Assembly: GCA_037443265.1 (NCBI GenBank)
Contig: JBBIOR010000003.1
Coordinates: 1 to 64,000, forward strand
Reading direction: 5' to 3'
Source of the DNA: Candidatus Fraserbacteria bacterium
GTDB taxonomy: Bacteria > Bipolaricaulota > Bipolaricaulia > RBG-16-55-9
DNA: 64,000 nt
A program made the position numbers and the translations under genes. The first letter of the stretch is position 1, and every line of letters starts with the position of its first letter. Of the stretch, positions 1 through 9,334 are shown one piece after another. The notes beneath the pieces were generated by a model. The model was not told where the DNA came from, did not search any database, and saw only the letters and a program-made list of their open reading frames with translations.

Positions 1-633
1 ACGCATTGAAAGCGCTCAGGGAGGCATGATAAAAAGCACATGGCGAACGAAACAGGGAAAGAAGTTCAGGGAACTCCTGAGACCGGACGTCGCAATAGAG
101 CCGCTTCGAATCACGGATCTCAAGGATAGCGATAAGATTCTCAAGAAATATGCTGAGATTTTGGATGCCTTCGTGAGCATAGATTGCAGATGCTTGTGGG
201 GAGTCTGGAGGTTAATGGGAAGATTATCAACACGCCCGGATTTAAACGAGAGTATCTCTTAAAAGCTAAACGAGGCAAACTCGTTGAGGATGAGGACTTC
301 CAGAGAGTGTTTCAGCACCTTCAGCAAGTCCAGGATACTCCTCTTGCTCGAGGTTTCGAACGACTATCCGCATTATTGACCGACGAGGTCATTCAGGAGT
401 TGACTGCCAAACTCCAGCAAGAGCTGTATCCTTTAAGCCCTGGAGTCGTAGCAGCCGATTCTTCATGTGGCGCAACCTGTGTGGCCACTGGGGTAGTGAC
501 GATCATTGGATAGTTGGCGAGCCTGGTCGGAATCTACTTTTGTGGAGCATCTGTAGCGTGCGTAGTGGTTGGTTTGATAGGGTTTACGGCTTCCTCAGCT
601 GGGGTGATACTTTGGGCTGGGACATGGCTCTAA
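1..633 (+). pseudogene. Disrupted gene entering from upstream of the window, with a Cys-rich hydrophobic C-terminus (bacteriocin-precursor-like)
   Basis: Frame 2 is open from the window start (ORF 26..262). Coding appears to shift to frame 1 near 180 (ORF 184..513). An in-frame TAG at 511-513 is followed by 39 more hydrophobic codons (LASLVGIYFCGASVACVVVGLIGFTASSAGVILWAGTWL) to TAA 631-633. Confidence 0.5.
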
Positions 634-648
634 TGACCACCTAGGAGG

Positions 649-966
649 ATGTACAAGGGGATGGACAATCTGGAGTTTTCTCCCTACTTCAGTGTAGGGT
701 TAGGGTTAGTGGGTGCCATGGGGGCTCTAGTTATCCTACTCCTCAACTGGCATAAGATGGTAGCTTGGATGATCACCCCAACTGTTGGTAGATATGCGGG
801 GTATCTCTTCTTCCTGATTTACTATTTAATCTTGGTTTCACAGACACTATTCATTTACAAGAACTTCCCCAACCTGAGACTGTGGTTCGTAGCCACAGCT
901 ATGCTGCTGCTTATAGGATTTCTGATCAAAGCTCGCCGTTATCATCGTGAGATGAGCAGAAAGTAA
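649..966 (+). CDS. Small multi-pass membrane protein (possible immunity protein); start may be ATG 661
   Basis: About 3 hydrophobic segments, basic C-terminus, AGGAGG at 643-648. Confidence 0.6.
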   Translation: MYKGMDNLEFSPYFSVGLGLVGAMGALVILLLNWHKMVAWMITPTVGRYAGYLFFLIYYLILVSQTLFIYKNFPNLRLWFVATAMLLLIGFLIKARRYHREMSRK

Positions 967-972
967 GACGCC

Positions 973-1473
973 ATGGCACTAGACGTAGAAGCCGTCCAAG
1001 CCTTCCTCCAGTCGCCTTTAGGAGGGTACGTCATCTTAGGGTTCGGCTTTTTGGTCCCCGGCACTCTGGCGGTGATTGCAGCCGTCTTGCAAAATGCTCT
1101 GGCTTTTGCGAACGCTTTTCTGGCTACGTTACTAGTGGCTTTCATTGGCTTTTCTGCTAATCACCGGCTCGTAGCAGGCTTTCTCATCTTCATTGCCTTG
1201 TCAGATCTGCTGGTCTTTGTAGGTCGGCACTTCAGATTCGCGATCCAAAAGGGCCATATAGTAAAGTTTGATCTTGCGGACTCTCATAAGCGCAGCCTTC
1301 AGCATACTGGGTCGTCCTCTACGATGAACGGCAGTTTAAGCCAATCCCTGCAAGAACTCGTGAATATTCCGTCCCAAACTCTCAAGGTCATACCCGCCTT
1401 CGAGCACGGCGAACGTGGGAAGCTCCAGTTGGGCGATCTTCCTCCCAATCAGACGATAACAGCCGGAGCTTAA
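973..1473 (+). CDS. Hypothetical membrane protein; 3' end runs antisense into the HDAC gene
   Basis: Three hydrophobic segments in the first ~85 aa; the tail overlaps 1336..1473 of the opposite-strand gene and may not be genuine. Confidence 0.5.
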   Translation: MALDVEAVQAFLQSPLGGYVILGFGFLVPGTLAVIAAVLQNALAFANAFLATLLVAFIGFSANHRLVAGFLIFIALSDLLVFVGRHFRFAIQKGHIVKFDLADSHKRSLQHTGSSSTMNGSLSQSLQELVNIPSQTLKVIPAFEHGERGKLQLGDLPPNQTITAGA

Positions 1474-2154
1474 GCCCAGCGAGGCCAAGGGATCTCTCTC
1501 GTAAGTGTCAAAGCCCGCGGAGATGGCGATCTGTTCAATGCTCTCGCGATTGACCTCGCTAAGCGCCCGATCCAGGGTGCTCAGATATCGCTCATCGCCG
1601 CAGTGGAACGGCAGGGGATAGTTGTAGCAGTTCTGCTCAGAGCGCAGACCCGTCCCCGGATAATTGGGCGAGCTGTGCAGCGAGATGAAGATCGCTTGAG
1701 GGTCACCCAAGAAGATCTCTTGTGTGCCGTCGCCGTGATGGCCGTCGATGTCCACGATGAGCGTTCTTTTGTGAGAAGCCCGCACGGCCACGGCTATGTT
1801 ATTCAAATAGCAGAAGCCAGCGGCGCGATTGCGCCCGGCGTGATGTCCCGGCGGACGCATGAGTGAGAAGCCTCTCAGCTGCATGGCCAAGATGGCCGCC
1901 CCAGCGGCCAGACAAGCGTACTCGTAAATATTGGGATAGCGCGGGCAGTCGGGATCGTAGAATTGAAGATCCTTTACGCGCTTAAGATGCTCTGGGGTGT
2001 GCACTCTTAAGAGATCTGGCTCAGAGGCCGGGGAGGGCCTTATGAACTCGTATTTGTCTTGCAAAAATTGATAGGCCCGGCGGAGGCGCTCGGGGCTTTC
2101 GGGATGGCCCGGAGCTGAAAATTCTAAACAGCGCTCGTCATAGATGATCTTCAT
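1336..2154 (-). CDS. Histone deacetylase/AcuC-family Zn-dependent deacetylase
   Basis: HPESPERL, RPPGHHA, GFCYLNN, DIDGHHGDGTQ, SAGFD and LEGGY motifs. Confidence 0.93.
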   Translation of the reverse strand: MKIIYDERCLEFSAPGHPESPERLRRAYQFLQDKYEFIRPSPASEPDLLRVHTPEHLKRVKDLQFYDPDCPRYPNIYEYACLAAGAAILAMQLRGFSLMRPPGHHAGRNRAAGFCYLNNIAVAVRASHKRTLIVDIDGHHGDGTQEIFLGDPQAIFISLHSSPNYPGTGLRSEQNCYNYPLPFHCGDERYLSTLDRALSEVNRESIEQIAISAGFDTYERDPLASLGLSSGCYRLIGRKIAQLELPTFAVLEGGYDLESLGRNIHEFLQGLA

Positions 2155-2741
2155 CGGGAGAGAAGCTCCAGCGCCCGCCGGATGAGTTCTTCTGTGGGTA
2201 GTTCTCCGTAGGTGCTCTTGGCCTGCTCGATGGCCTGGCGGGCCTCGCGTTCGCCGAAGCCCAACGAACGCGTCAGCGCCCGCAAGGCTGTCTCCTCTCT
2301 CTGGGAGTAGACGGGGGAGGGCTTACCGCTCAGCGGGATCTGAGCGATCTTGTCTTTCAGTTCGAGGATCAGGCGCTCCGCCGTCTTTCTGCCAATGCCC
2401 TTGATGGCCCTAAGATCCTCCACGCGCGCGCTCAAGATCGCCTCCTGCAGGCGGGCCGGAGTCGTGGAGGAGAGAATCCCAATCGCGACTTTAGGTCCCA
2501 CACCCGTGACGCTCAAAAGCAGCTCGAAGACCTCGCGTTCCTCGGGTGTGCTAAAGCCGTAAAGCGCCAGTCCGTCCTGAGCCATGTGCAGGTACGTGAA
2601 GAGTTTCACGGGCCCTGTGCGATTGGAAAATTCCGCGCGCGTGAGGCGCGACGTGTAGACCCGATAGCCGATGCCCCCGACGTCGATCACGAAGTACTCG
2701 TCTCGATTCTCAACGATCAGCCCTTCGAGATGATGGATCAC
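2151..2741 (-). CDS. ruvA: Holliday junction branch migration protein RuvA (GTG start at 2741)
   Basis: IDVGGIGY, LYGF, GVGPKVA and GIGRKTAERLILELKDK HhH motifs. Confidence 0.95.
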   Translation of the reverse strand: MIHHLEGLIVENRDEYFVIDVGGIGYRVYTSRLTRAEFSNRTGPVKLFTYLHMAQDGLALYGFSTPEEREVFELLLSVTGVGPKVAIGILSSTTPARLQEAILSARVEDLRAIKGIGRKTAERLILELKDKIAQIPLSGKPSPVYSQREETALRALTRSLGFGEREARQAIEQAKSTYGELPTEELIRRALELLSR

Positions 2742-2830
2742 GCTACTCAGTGTACGCGTAGGCTCACAGAGCAAGCAAGTCTCTAGCTCATGGTGTATAA
2801 TGCAGCGAGAAAGAGCAGGAGGTTGAGCGC

Positions 2831-4384
2831 ATGGAGCGCAAGCTGCTCCTCTGGCTGGCTGTGGGAGTCGTAATCTTAGTGGGGGTGATCCTCACCCAGG
2901 GTTTCTTCTATTCTAAGACGGCTCCCGGCTCGGGTCCACCTCAGGAGTCGCAGTCTACGCTAGAGCAAGAGCGCGAGCGCTTTTTAAATCGCCTCTGGGA
3001 GGCCTATGAGAAGACCCGCGAAAACTTTTATCAGCCGGATCGTCTGGATCCAGAGAAGCTCCTTCAAGAGGCGATTCGCGGCATGATCCAGGGACTGGAT
3101 GATCCCTTCAGCCGCTTCAACACCCCAGAGGAGTACGAGCGGTTTTCGACGCCCTTGCAAGGCGTCTACGAGGGCATTGGGGCGTACATTGGCGTAAGAG
3201 GCGGGGAGGTCACGATCATCTCGCCGATTCGAGGAGGACCGGCAGAGCGGATGGGCGTGCGGGCCGGAGACGTCGTCCTTGAGATCGACGGGGAGAGCAC
3301 GCAGGGCTTTTCAGATGATGCCGCGGCGCAGAGGCTGAGAGGCCCCAAGGGCACCCAGGTGAAGATCAAGGTGCGCCACAGCGATGGGAGCGTGGAAGAG
3401 ATCACCATCACGCGTGAAAGGATCGAGATCCCCTCCGTTGAGTACAAGCTGCTTACCCCCTCGATCGCGTACATTCGCATCAACAGTTTCAGCGACACCT
3501 TGCTCCGCCAATTGAGCAAGGCACTGGAAGAGCTTCAGAAAGGATCGCGCTCCATAGAGGGCCTCGTCCTAGATCTTCGAGGCAACGGAGGAGGGTATCT
3601 CCATGTCGCCAAGCAGGTGGGCAGCCTGTTCGTCGATCGAGACCGGACGCTTCTCATAGAGAGAAATCGCCGCGGCGAGGTGATCGATCGCAGTTCCGGC
3701 AACAGGTTAGACAACTGGCCGATTGCCGTCCTGGTGGATCAGGGGACGGCCAGCGCGGCGGAGATCTTGGCCGGAGCCATCCGCGACAATGACATGGGCG
3801 TCTTGATTGGGCGGAGGACCTTCGGCAAGGGAGTCATCCAGTCGACCTTCGAGCTGGAGGATGGTTCCAGGCTCATCTTGACCACGGCGGAGTATCTCAC
3901 GCCGGATGGGCACAGGGTGCAGGACGTGGGCCTCACTCCCGATATCGCCGTGGAAGACTGGTATGCCGCCCTCCAAGATGTGCGAAGGCAATTGCGCGGC
4001 CTTGAGCAAGCCCTGCCGTCGTTTGCCGCATCCACCCGCGCGGTCTTGCAGCAGCTGAGCCAGCTGCTCGATCGGGTGGAAGAGCAAGCCAATCAAGATG
4101 AGTATGAGGTTGCGCTTCAGGCCGTGGGGGAGTTTCGGGCGCGCCTTAAGAGTGATCCCCGACAGCTGCTCCAGGAAGCCGGGGCCGGAGAGGATGATCC
4201 GGAGCTCGTGTTGATCCCGCCTCTGATCGAGAAGCTGGTTGAGCAGACCGAACCTCTGCTGGCCCAGCTTATGGCTCGTATGGAGCGCAACGACATCGCG
4301 ACGGCCGTAGAGTGGCTGCAATCGCCTTCCATCAAAGGCCAGCTCTGTCCCTGCCAGATCACACTCCCTTCGATGGGGAAATAG
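2831..4384 (+). CDS. ctpA: Carboxyl-terminal processing protease (S41, PDZ)
   Basis: N-terminal TM, LDDPFS, GIGA PDZ, LDLRGNGGG, TASAAEI, TFGKG. Confidence 0.92.
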   Translation: MERKLLLWLAVGVVILVGVILTQGFFYSKTAPGSGPPQESQSTLEQERERFLNRLWEAYEKTRENFYQPDRLDPEKLLQEAIRGMIQGLDDPFSRFNTPEEYERFSTPLQGVYEGIGAYIGVRGGEVTIISPIRGGPAERMGVRAGDVVLEIDGESTQGFSDDAAAQRLRGPKGTQVKIKVRHSDGSVEEITITRERIEIPSVEYKLLTPSIAYIRINSFSDTLLRQLSKALEELQKGSRSIEGLVLDLRGNGGGYLHVAKQVGSLFVDRDRTLLIERNRRGEVIDRSSGNRLDNWPIAVLVDQGTASAAEILAGAIRDNDMGVLIGRRTFGKGVIQSTFELEDGSRLILTTAEYLTPDGHRVQDVGLTPDIAVEDWYAALQDVRRQLRGLEQALPSFAASTRAVLQQLSQLLDRVEEQANQDEYEVALQAVGEFRARLKSDPRQLLQEAGAGEDDPELVLIPPLIEKLVEQTEPLLAQLMARMERNDIATAVEWLQSPSIKGQLCPCQITLPSMGK

Positions 4385-4388
4385 CTCC

Positions 4389-5417
4389 ATGCCGGATGGA
4401 AGTCTCAATGTCGCCGTGATCGGCGCGGGGAGCTGGGGCACAGCCCTAGCCCGACTGCTCGCGCGCCGAGGGCATCGGGTGACGCTTTGGGCGCGCGATC
4501 CCCATCTGGCCCAACAGATCGAGGAAAAGCGCGAGAACTTGCGATACTTGCCGGGTGTGACGCTTCCGCAGGAGCACTTTTCTGTGAGTGCTCGCCTCAA
4601 AGATCTGGACGCGCGCGATGCGTATTTTGTCGCCGTACCCTCGTTCGTCTGCCGAGATCTGGCGCGACGCTTACATGAAGCGCTGGCGGAGCGGGTCAAG
4701 CAAGCCCTTTGGGTGAGCCTGACGAAGGGCATCGAATACGACGAATCGAGTAAGAGTCTGCGCACGATGTCTCAGGTGCTCTCGGAAGAGCTGTGCCATG
4801 CGAGGATCTTTGCGCTCTCTGGCCCGAGCTTCGCCGAGGAAGTGGCGCGGGATTTTCCGACGACCGTGGTGCTGGCGGGCCGGGATTTGGCTCTGGCCGG
4901 AAGTCTCCAGCGGGCTCTTATGACGGAGCGCTTTCGCATCTACACGAGCGATGATCTTTTGGGAGTGGAGCTGGGCGGGGCTCTCAAGAACGTGATCGCC
5001 ATAGCGGCAGGCATCTCTGACGGCTTGGGCTATGGGGACAACGCCAAGGGAGCGCTCATTGCCCGAGGGCTGGTGGAGATGACCCGCTTGGGTGTGGCGT
5101 TGGGCGCTCGCAAGGAGACGTTTTTCGGCTTGGCAGGCTTGGGAGATCTCGTAGTCACCTGCATGTCAAAGAAGAGCCGCAATCGCCTGGTGGGCGAGCG
5201 GATTGGCCGAGGAGAGACGCTCCAAGAGATTCTGGCTGGCATGGGGATGGTAGCCGAGGGAGTCTACGCCGTGCGGGCCATTTATAGCTTCGCGCGCGTG
5301 CGAGGGATTGAGCTGCCCATCACCCAAGCCGTCTGGGAAGTGCTCTATGAGGGCGCCAGCCCTCTGGAAAAGCTTTCGGAGCTGATGACCCGCGAGCCCA
5401 AACGCGAGGAGATTTAA
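4389..5417 (+). CDS. gpsA: NAD(P)H-dependent glycerol-3-phosphate dehydrogenase
   Basis: GAGSWGTALA, LSGPSFA, GGALKNVIAIAAG, GLGDL..TC..SRN. Confidence 0.96.
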   Translation: MPDGSLNVAVIGAGSWGTALARLLARRGHRVTLWARDPHLAQQIEEKRENLRYLPGVTLPQEHFSVSARLKDLDARDAYFVAVPSFVCRDLARRLHEALAERVKQALWVSLTKGIEYDESSKSLRTMSQVLSEELCHARIFALSGPSFAEEVARDFPTTVVLAGRDLALAGSLQRALMTERFRIYTSDDLLGVELGGALKNVIAIAAGISDGLGYGDNAKGALIARGLVEMTRLGVALGARKETFFGLAGLGDLVVTCMSKKSRNRLVGERIGRGETLQEILAGMGMVAEGVYAVRAIYSFARVRGIELPITQAVWEVLYEGASPLEKLSELMTREPKREEI

Positions 5418-6784
5418 TCTTCATCCGGCAGCAGAAGGACGATCGTCCGGACAAGATCCGGCGCGATCGCGCGGTCCAGGGCGCTGCCAAGGGTGAGGGC
5501 TTGAGGGTCCCAGCGTACTTCGCTGGAGCCGGCGGCCAGCTGGATGAGCAAGCGGAGCACCGGTCCGTTCTCTGCGCCCTCTGTGGGGTTGACTGCCGCA
5601 AAGCGTACCTCGCCATGGCCGTTGTCTATTCTGGCGGCGAGGAGTCTCCAGCCCTCCTGCGGCTCGATCCCCCTGAGAGTCATGGCGGCAGGGTTGAAGC
5701 GGAGTCCGCCGGAGCGGGCTTCGAGAGCGGCCAGGCCGCCGTCCGGCATCTGCTGCGCCAAGATGAGCATCTCTGACCCCTCTAGTTCAGCCAGCAGTGC
5801 TGGGCCTGCTTCGGCCAGGGGTCCACAGCCGCTCAGAAGGCCCATCAGCCCTATAATCAACAAGCTCCTCAGAGCCAGCCCACCCTTGATCCTTTTTCGC
5901 AGCAGGAGTAGGGTCATGCTGCCGAGGGCCCACATGCCGGCGAAGAAGGGCCCTAGGCTGGCCGGGCCGGAGGCACTGCCAACAAGCCCCAAAGAGATCT
6001 CAGCGATGCGCTGGGCATCGAGCTCTGTGAGCTGGCCGTCCTGATCGAGATCGCAGGTGAAGCGCTGCAGGCGGCTAAGAGAGATCAGATTAAGGGCGGC
6101 CCGCAGGCAGAGGCGGGCGTCGATCACGTTGATCTTTCCGTCTCCGTTGGCATCGCCTTTTTGGGGAGTGCAGGAATTGGGGGCTTTGGGCGTGCCATTG
6201 ACGAAATTTCCCTTGGCATCCTTGCCATTGCGGATGTTGCCATCGTTGGTGCACCAGTTGGCGTCGCTGTCGGGGGCAAGGGGATCGATGCGCTCCATGG
6301 TGGCGCGAGTATTCTTATCACCTGCGGGCCAGCCTCCACCGTCCTCAGTAGTTGCATCCCCATCATCGTTAACTGTGTCTATGATCGCTGCGGTGGCATC
6401 TTTCAAGAGGAGCTCCTCGCCTCCGTCTTCTAAAGCGCCCCTATAAATGCAAGCGGCAGCAATGTCGCTTACCGTGGCATCATCAGTTCTTTCCAACAGC
6501 AAGAACCCTCTAGCGGGGATGATGAGATCGCGGCAGTCCTTCAAGTTGAAGGTAAAACTGGGTGTGCCATCCGCCGCCTCCAGCTTCCAGCCAGCGAGGT
6601 TGATGGGCTGATGGGTCGTGTTATAGAGTTCCATCCACTCATCGTTGGGATCGGCTTGGGTGCCCATCCAGGCGACCTCATTGATCACCACCGAGGGAGT
6701 CTGAGTCAAGGCAGCTGCCGATGTCATCGGCTGAATCAACAGGAAGACCATACCCACAAGAGCCACCATGGCCTTCACCTCCAT
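5414..6784 (-). CDS. Secreted modular protein: lamin-tail domain, dockerin-like EF-hand pair, TM segment, internal lipobox, cohesin-like domain
   Basis: Signal peptide; VVINEVAWMG..DEWMELYN..GTP (LTD); GDANGDGKINVIDA and DLDQDGQLTELDA; LLLLRKRIK; LMGLLSGC; beta-rich C-terminus. Confidence 0.75.
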   Translation of the reverse strand: MEVKAMVALVGMVFLLIQPMTSAAALTQTPSVVINEVAWMGTQADPNDEWMELYNTTHQPINLAGWKLEAADGTPSFTFNLKDCRDLIIPARGFLLLERTDDATVSDIAAACIYRGALEDGGEELLLKDATAAIIDTVNDDGDATTEDGGGWPAGDKNTRATMERIDPLAPDSDANWCTNDGNIRNGKDAKGNFVNGTPKAPNSCTPQKGDANGDGKINVIDARLCLRAALNLISLSRLQRFTCDLDQDGQLTELDAQRIAEISLGLVGSASGPASLGPFFAGMWALGSMTLLLLRKRIKGGLALRSLLIIGLMGLLSGCGPLAEAGPALLAELEGSEMLILAQQMPDGGLAALEARSGGLRFNPAAMTLRGIEPQEGWRLLAARIDNGHGEVRFAAVNPTEGAENGPVLRLLIQLAAGSSEVRWDPQALTLGSALDRAIAPDLVRTIVLLLPDED

Positions 6785-6889
6785 AAACTCTTTTAATAAT
6801 ATAATATCGTTGCCCCTGAAGTCAAGAGGCGGGTTCGTTTGCTCCTCGCGCGCCAGAGGGCGTACAATGAGCCACGAGGTACGATCGGC

Positions 6890-7990
6890 ATGAATCTAAA
6901 GCGAACCCCTCTCTATGAGCTCCACCGCAAGCTCGGAGCCAAGATGGTCGAATTCGGCGGCTGGGAGATGCCCCTACAGTACACGAGCATCCTCGCAGAG
7001 CACCGCGCCGTCAGAGAGAGCGCGGGGATCTTCGACGTCAGCCACATGGGCCAGATCGAGATCCGCGGAGCCCAAGCCCTAGATCTCGTGCAATATCTCG
7101 TCCCCAACGACGTGGCTAAGCTCCAGGTCGACCAGGCCCTCTATACGCAGCTCTGTAATGAGCAAGGTGGCACCCTCGATGATCTCTTAGTCTATCGCCT
7201 TCCGGATCGATACTTTCTCGTGGTGAACGCCTCCACTACCGAGAAGGATTTTCGCTGGATTAAGAGACAAGCGGAGCGGTTTCCCCAAGTCGAAGTTCAG
7301 AATGCCAGCAGCTCCTACAGTCAGCTGGCCATCCAAGGGCCTAAGGCTGAGGAGACCCTACAACGCCACGTGGAGCTGGAGCTCTCCCGCATCCCGTATT
7401 TCTATTCCGCGGAAACAGAGCTCTATAAAAGACCCGTGCTCATCTCGCGCACTGGCTACACCGGCGAGGACGGATTTGAGATCTATGGCTCTCCTGAAGT
7501 CATCGTCCAGCTGTGGAAGGACCTCATCAAAGCGGATGTGCCCCCCATTGGCCTAGGGGCTCGGGATACACTCAGATTCGAAGTGGGATACCCACTCTAT
7601 GGCCACGAACTAGATGAGCAGACTACGCCTGTGGAAGCCGGGCTCGCTTGGACGGTGAAGGACAAGCCTGTGCCCTACATAGGCAAGGATGTGCTACTCA
7701 GACAGAAGCGGGGTGAGGGGGTTCGCAAGCGCCTGGTGGGTTTTCGCATGCGCGAGCCGGGCGTCCCACGCCCGGGATATCTGCTCCATCTCGCTGGGGA
7801 AGAAGCGGGCCATGTGACCAGCGGAATGAAATCTCCTACGCTGAGGGAATTTCTGGGCATGGGCTTTTTGAGGGTCGGTGAGTGCCCTCCCCTAGGCCAG
7901 GCGATCGCAGTGGAGATCCGCGGCCAGCGGAAGCCTGCTGAGATCATAAAACTCCCCTTCTATCGGGGATCGGTGCGCTCTCCGGCTTGA
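6890..7990 (+). CDS. gcvT: Glycine cleavage system aminomethyltransferase T
   Basis: LKRTPLY, FGGWEMP, FDVSHMG, SRTGYTGEDGFEI, GLGARDTLR. Confidence 0.96.
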   Translation: MNLKRTPLYELHRKLGAKMVEFGGWEMPLQYTSILAEHRAVRESAGIFDVSHMGQIEIRGAQALDLVQYLVPNDVAKLQVDQALYTQLCNEQGGTLDDLLVYRLPDRYFLVVNASTTEKDFRWIKRQAERFPQVEVQNASSSYSQLAIQGPKAEETLQRHVELELSRIPYFYSAETELYKRPVLISRTGYTGEDGFEIYGSPEVIVQLWKDLIKADVPPIGLGARDTLRFEVGYPLYGHELDEQTTPVEAGLAWTVKDKPVPYIGKDVLLRQKRGEGVRKRLVGFRMREPGVPRPGYLLHLAGEEAGHVTSGMKSPTLREFLGMGFLRVGECPPLGQAIAVEIRGQRKPAEIIKLPFYRGSVRSPA

Positions 7991-8057
7991 GTTGTCCTAG
8001 GCGCAGGGCTTGGCTTACAATCTCTTCTTAGGAACATAAAGACGCCAAGGAGGCACT

Positions 8058-9334
8058 ATGCGGACACGAAAAGCCATGGCTATTCTGTTCTGGTTCTTTT
8101 TGGCGCTTAGCTGGACTACATCGGCTTCGGCACAACCACCGCCTCTTCCAGCGGCTCAGCTGGTGGCTAGCTTCGAAGATCTCCTCGGACGGCAAGCGAT
8201 GCTGCTCCACAGCTTCGAGTCGCTTCTTGGGCCATTTAAGATCCCCCCGGTGGAGCTTCTTAAGGGCTATGAAGATCTGCTACACCGCCAGGTGAAGCTG
8301 CTCGAAAGCTATGAGGATCTCACGCAGCCATTCGCTTGCACTCCAGGCATGCCTCCGCATCTTCCCCTCGTGGCTAGCTTTGGAAAACTCCTCCACGGAC
8401 AAGTCAAGCTGCTTGTGAGCTTCGAAGCCCTCATCCAGCGTCATCCCATGCTGCCCATTGGGCTTGCCGAGCGCTTTGCGGGTCTTTTGGAACATCAAGC
8501 AGGTCTTCTGCAGAGCTTGGAGGGGCTGCTACGCTGCCTCTCTGAAGTCCACTCCTTGTCCCCCAGAATGCTCTTCCCGTTGCTGGGTGGCTTTGAGGCG
8601 TTGCTGCGCGCTCAGGCTGGACTGCTGGGGAGCTTCGAGGAGCTGATCCGTTCCGGAAGAGCTCCTCAAATGGGCGTTCTGCCCATGCTGCCCATGGGGC
8701 CGGATTTGCCTTCTCCAGAGCAGCTTCGGGACTTTGNNNNNNNNNNNNNNNNNNNNNNNNNNNNNNNNNNNNNNNNNNNNNNNNNNNNNNNNNNNNNNNN
8801 NNNNNNNNNNNNNNNNNNNNNNNNNNNNNNNNNNNNCCCATGCTGCCCATGGGGCCGGATTTGCCTTCTCCAGAGCAGCTTCGGGACTTTGCCTTCGGCA
8901 GTCAGCGGCGAGAGCTCCTCCCGGACCTCATAGCCTGGATCGAGCGCTTCAAACAGGAAGCCCTGAGGATGCGCACTCATGGTCAGTTCCTGGAGGCCCA
9001 GAGGCGGGAGGCGCAGCTGGCGGAGCTGCGCCGCTTCTTGTTGGAGCTACAAGGCGAGATCTTGAACCGCAGCCTCGTGGTGATGCCGCAGGTGGGCAGA
9101 TCAGGCCTGATTGCCGTGATGAATCAAGGCCCCTTTCAGATCCATATGGCCACGGTGCTCATCTATCGGGGATCACAAGTGGTCTTCCGCCAGAGCCTGC
9201 AGACTCTCGAGCCGGGCGCTTATCGCCTGCTGAGGGTGATCCTGCCGGAGCTGGCCACAACAGAAGTGCGGGTGGTGGCTACTGGCTTCGTGGAGTTCAT
9301 TACAAAGCTCATGCGGGCCACCATGGATCTTTAG
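8058..9334 (+). CDS. Secreted helical-repeat protein, split by an artefactual scaffold gap (373 aa once merged)
   Basis: Signal peptide; five SFExLLxxQxxLLxSFExLL-type repeats. 8682-8736 is duplicated at 8837-8891, and removing the gap plus one copy gives one ORF. Confidence 0.7.
8682..8891. other. Assembly gap (100 N) flanked by an exact 55-nt duplication
   Basis: 8682-8736 = 8837-8891; typical k-mer overlap artefact. Confidence 0.9.

Noticed and set aside
511..513. Pyrrolysine or stop-codon recoding of the in-frame TAG
   Set aside because: TAG ends many normal genes here and the same locus also appears frameshifted, so decay is simpler
8682..8891. Direct repeat flanking an N gap (also 16447-16501/16602-16656)
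   Set aside because: Both duplications are exactly 55 nt and abut 100-N gaps, so they are assembler overlap artefacts, not biological repeats
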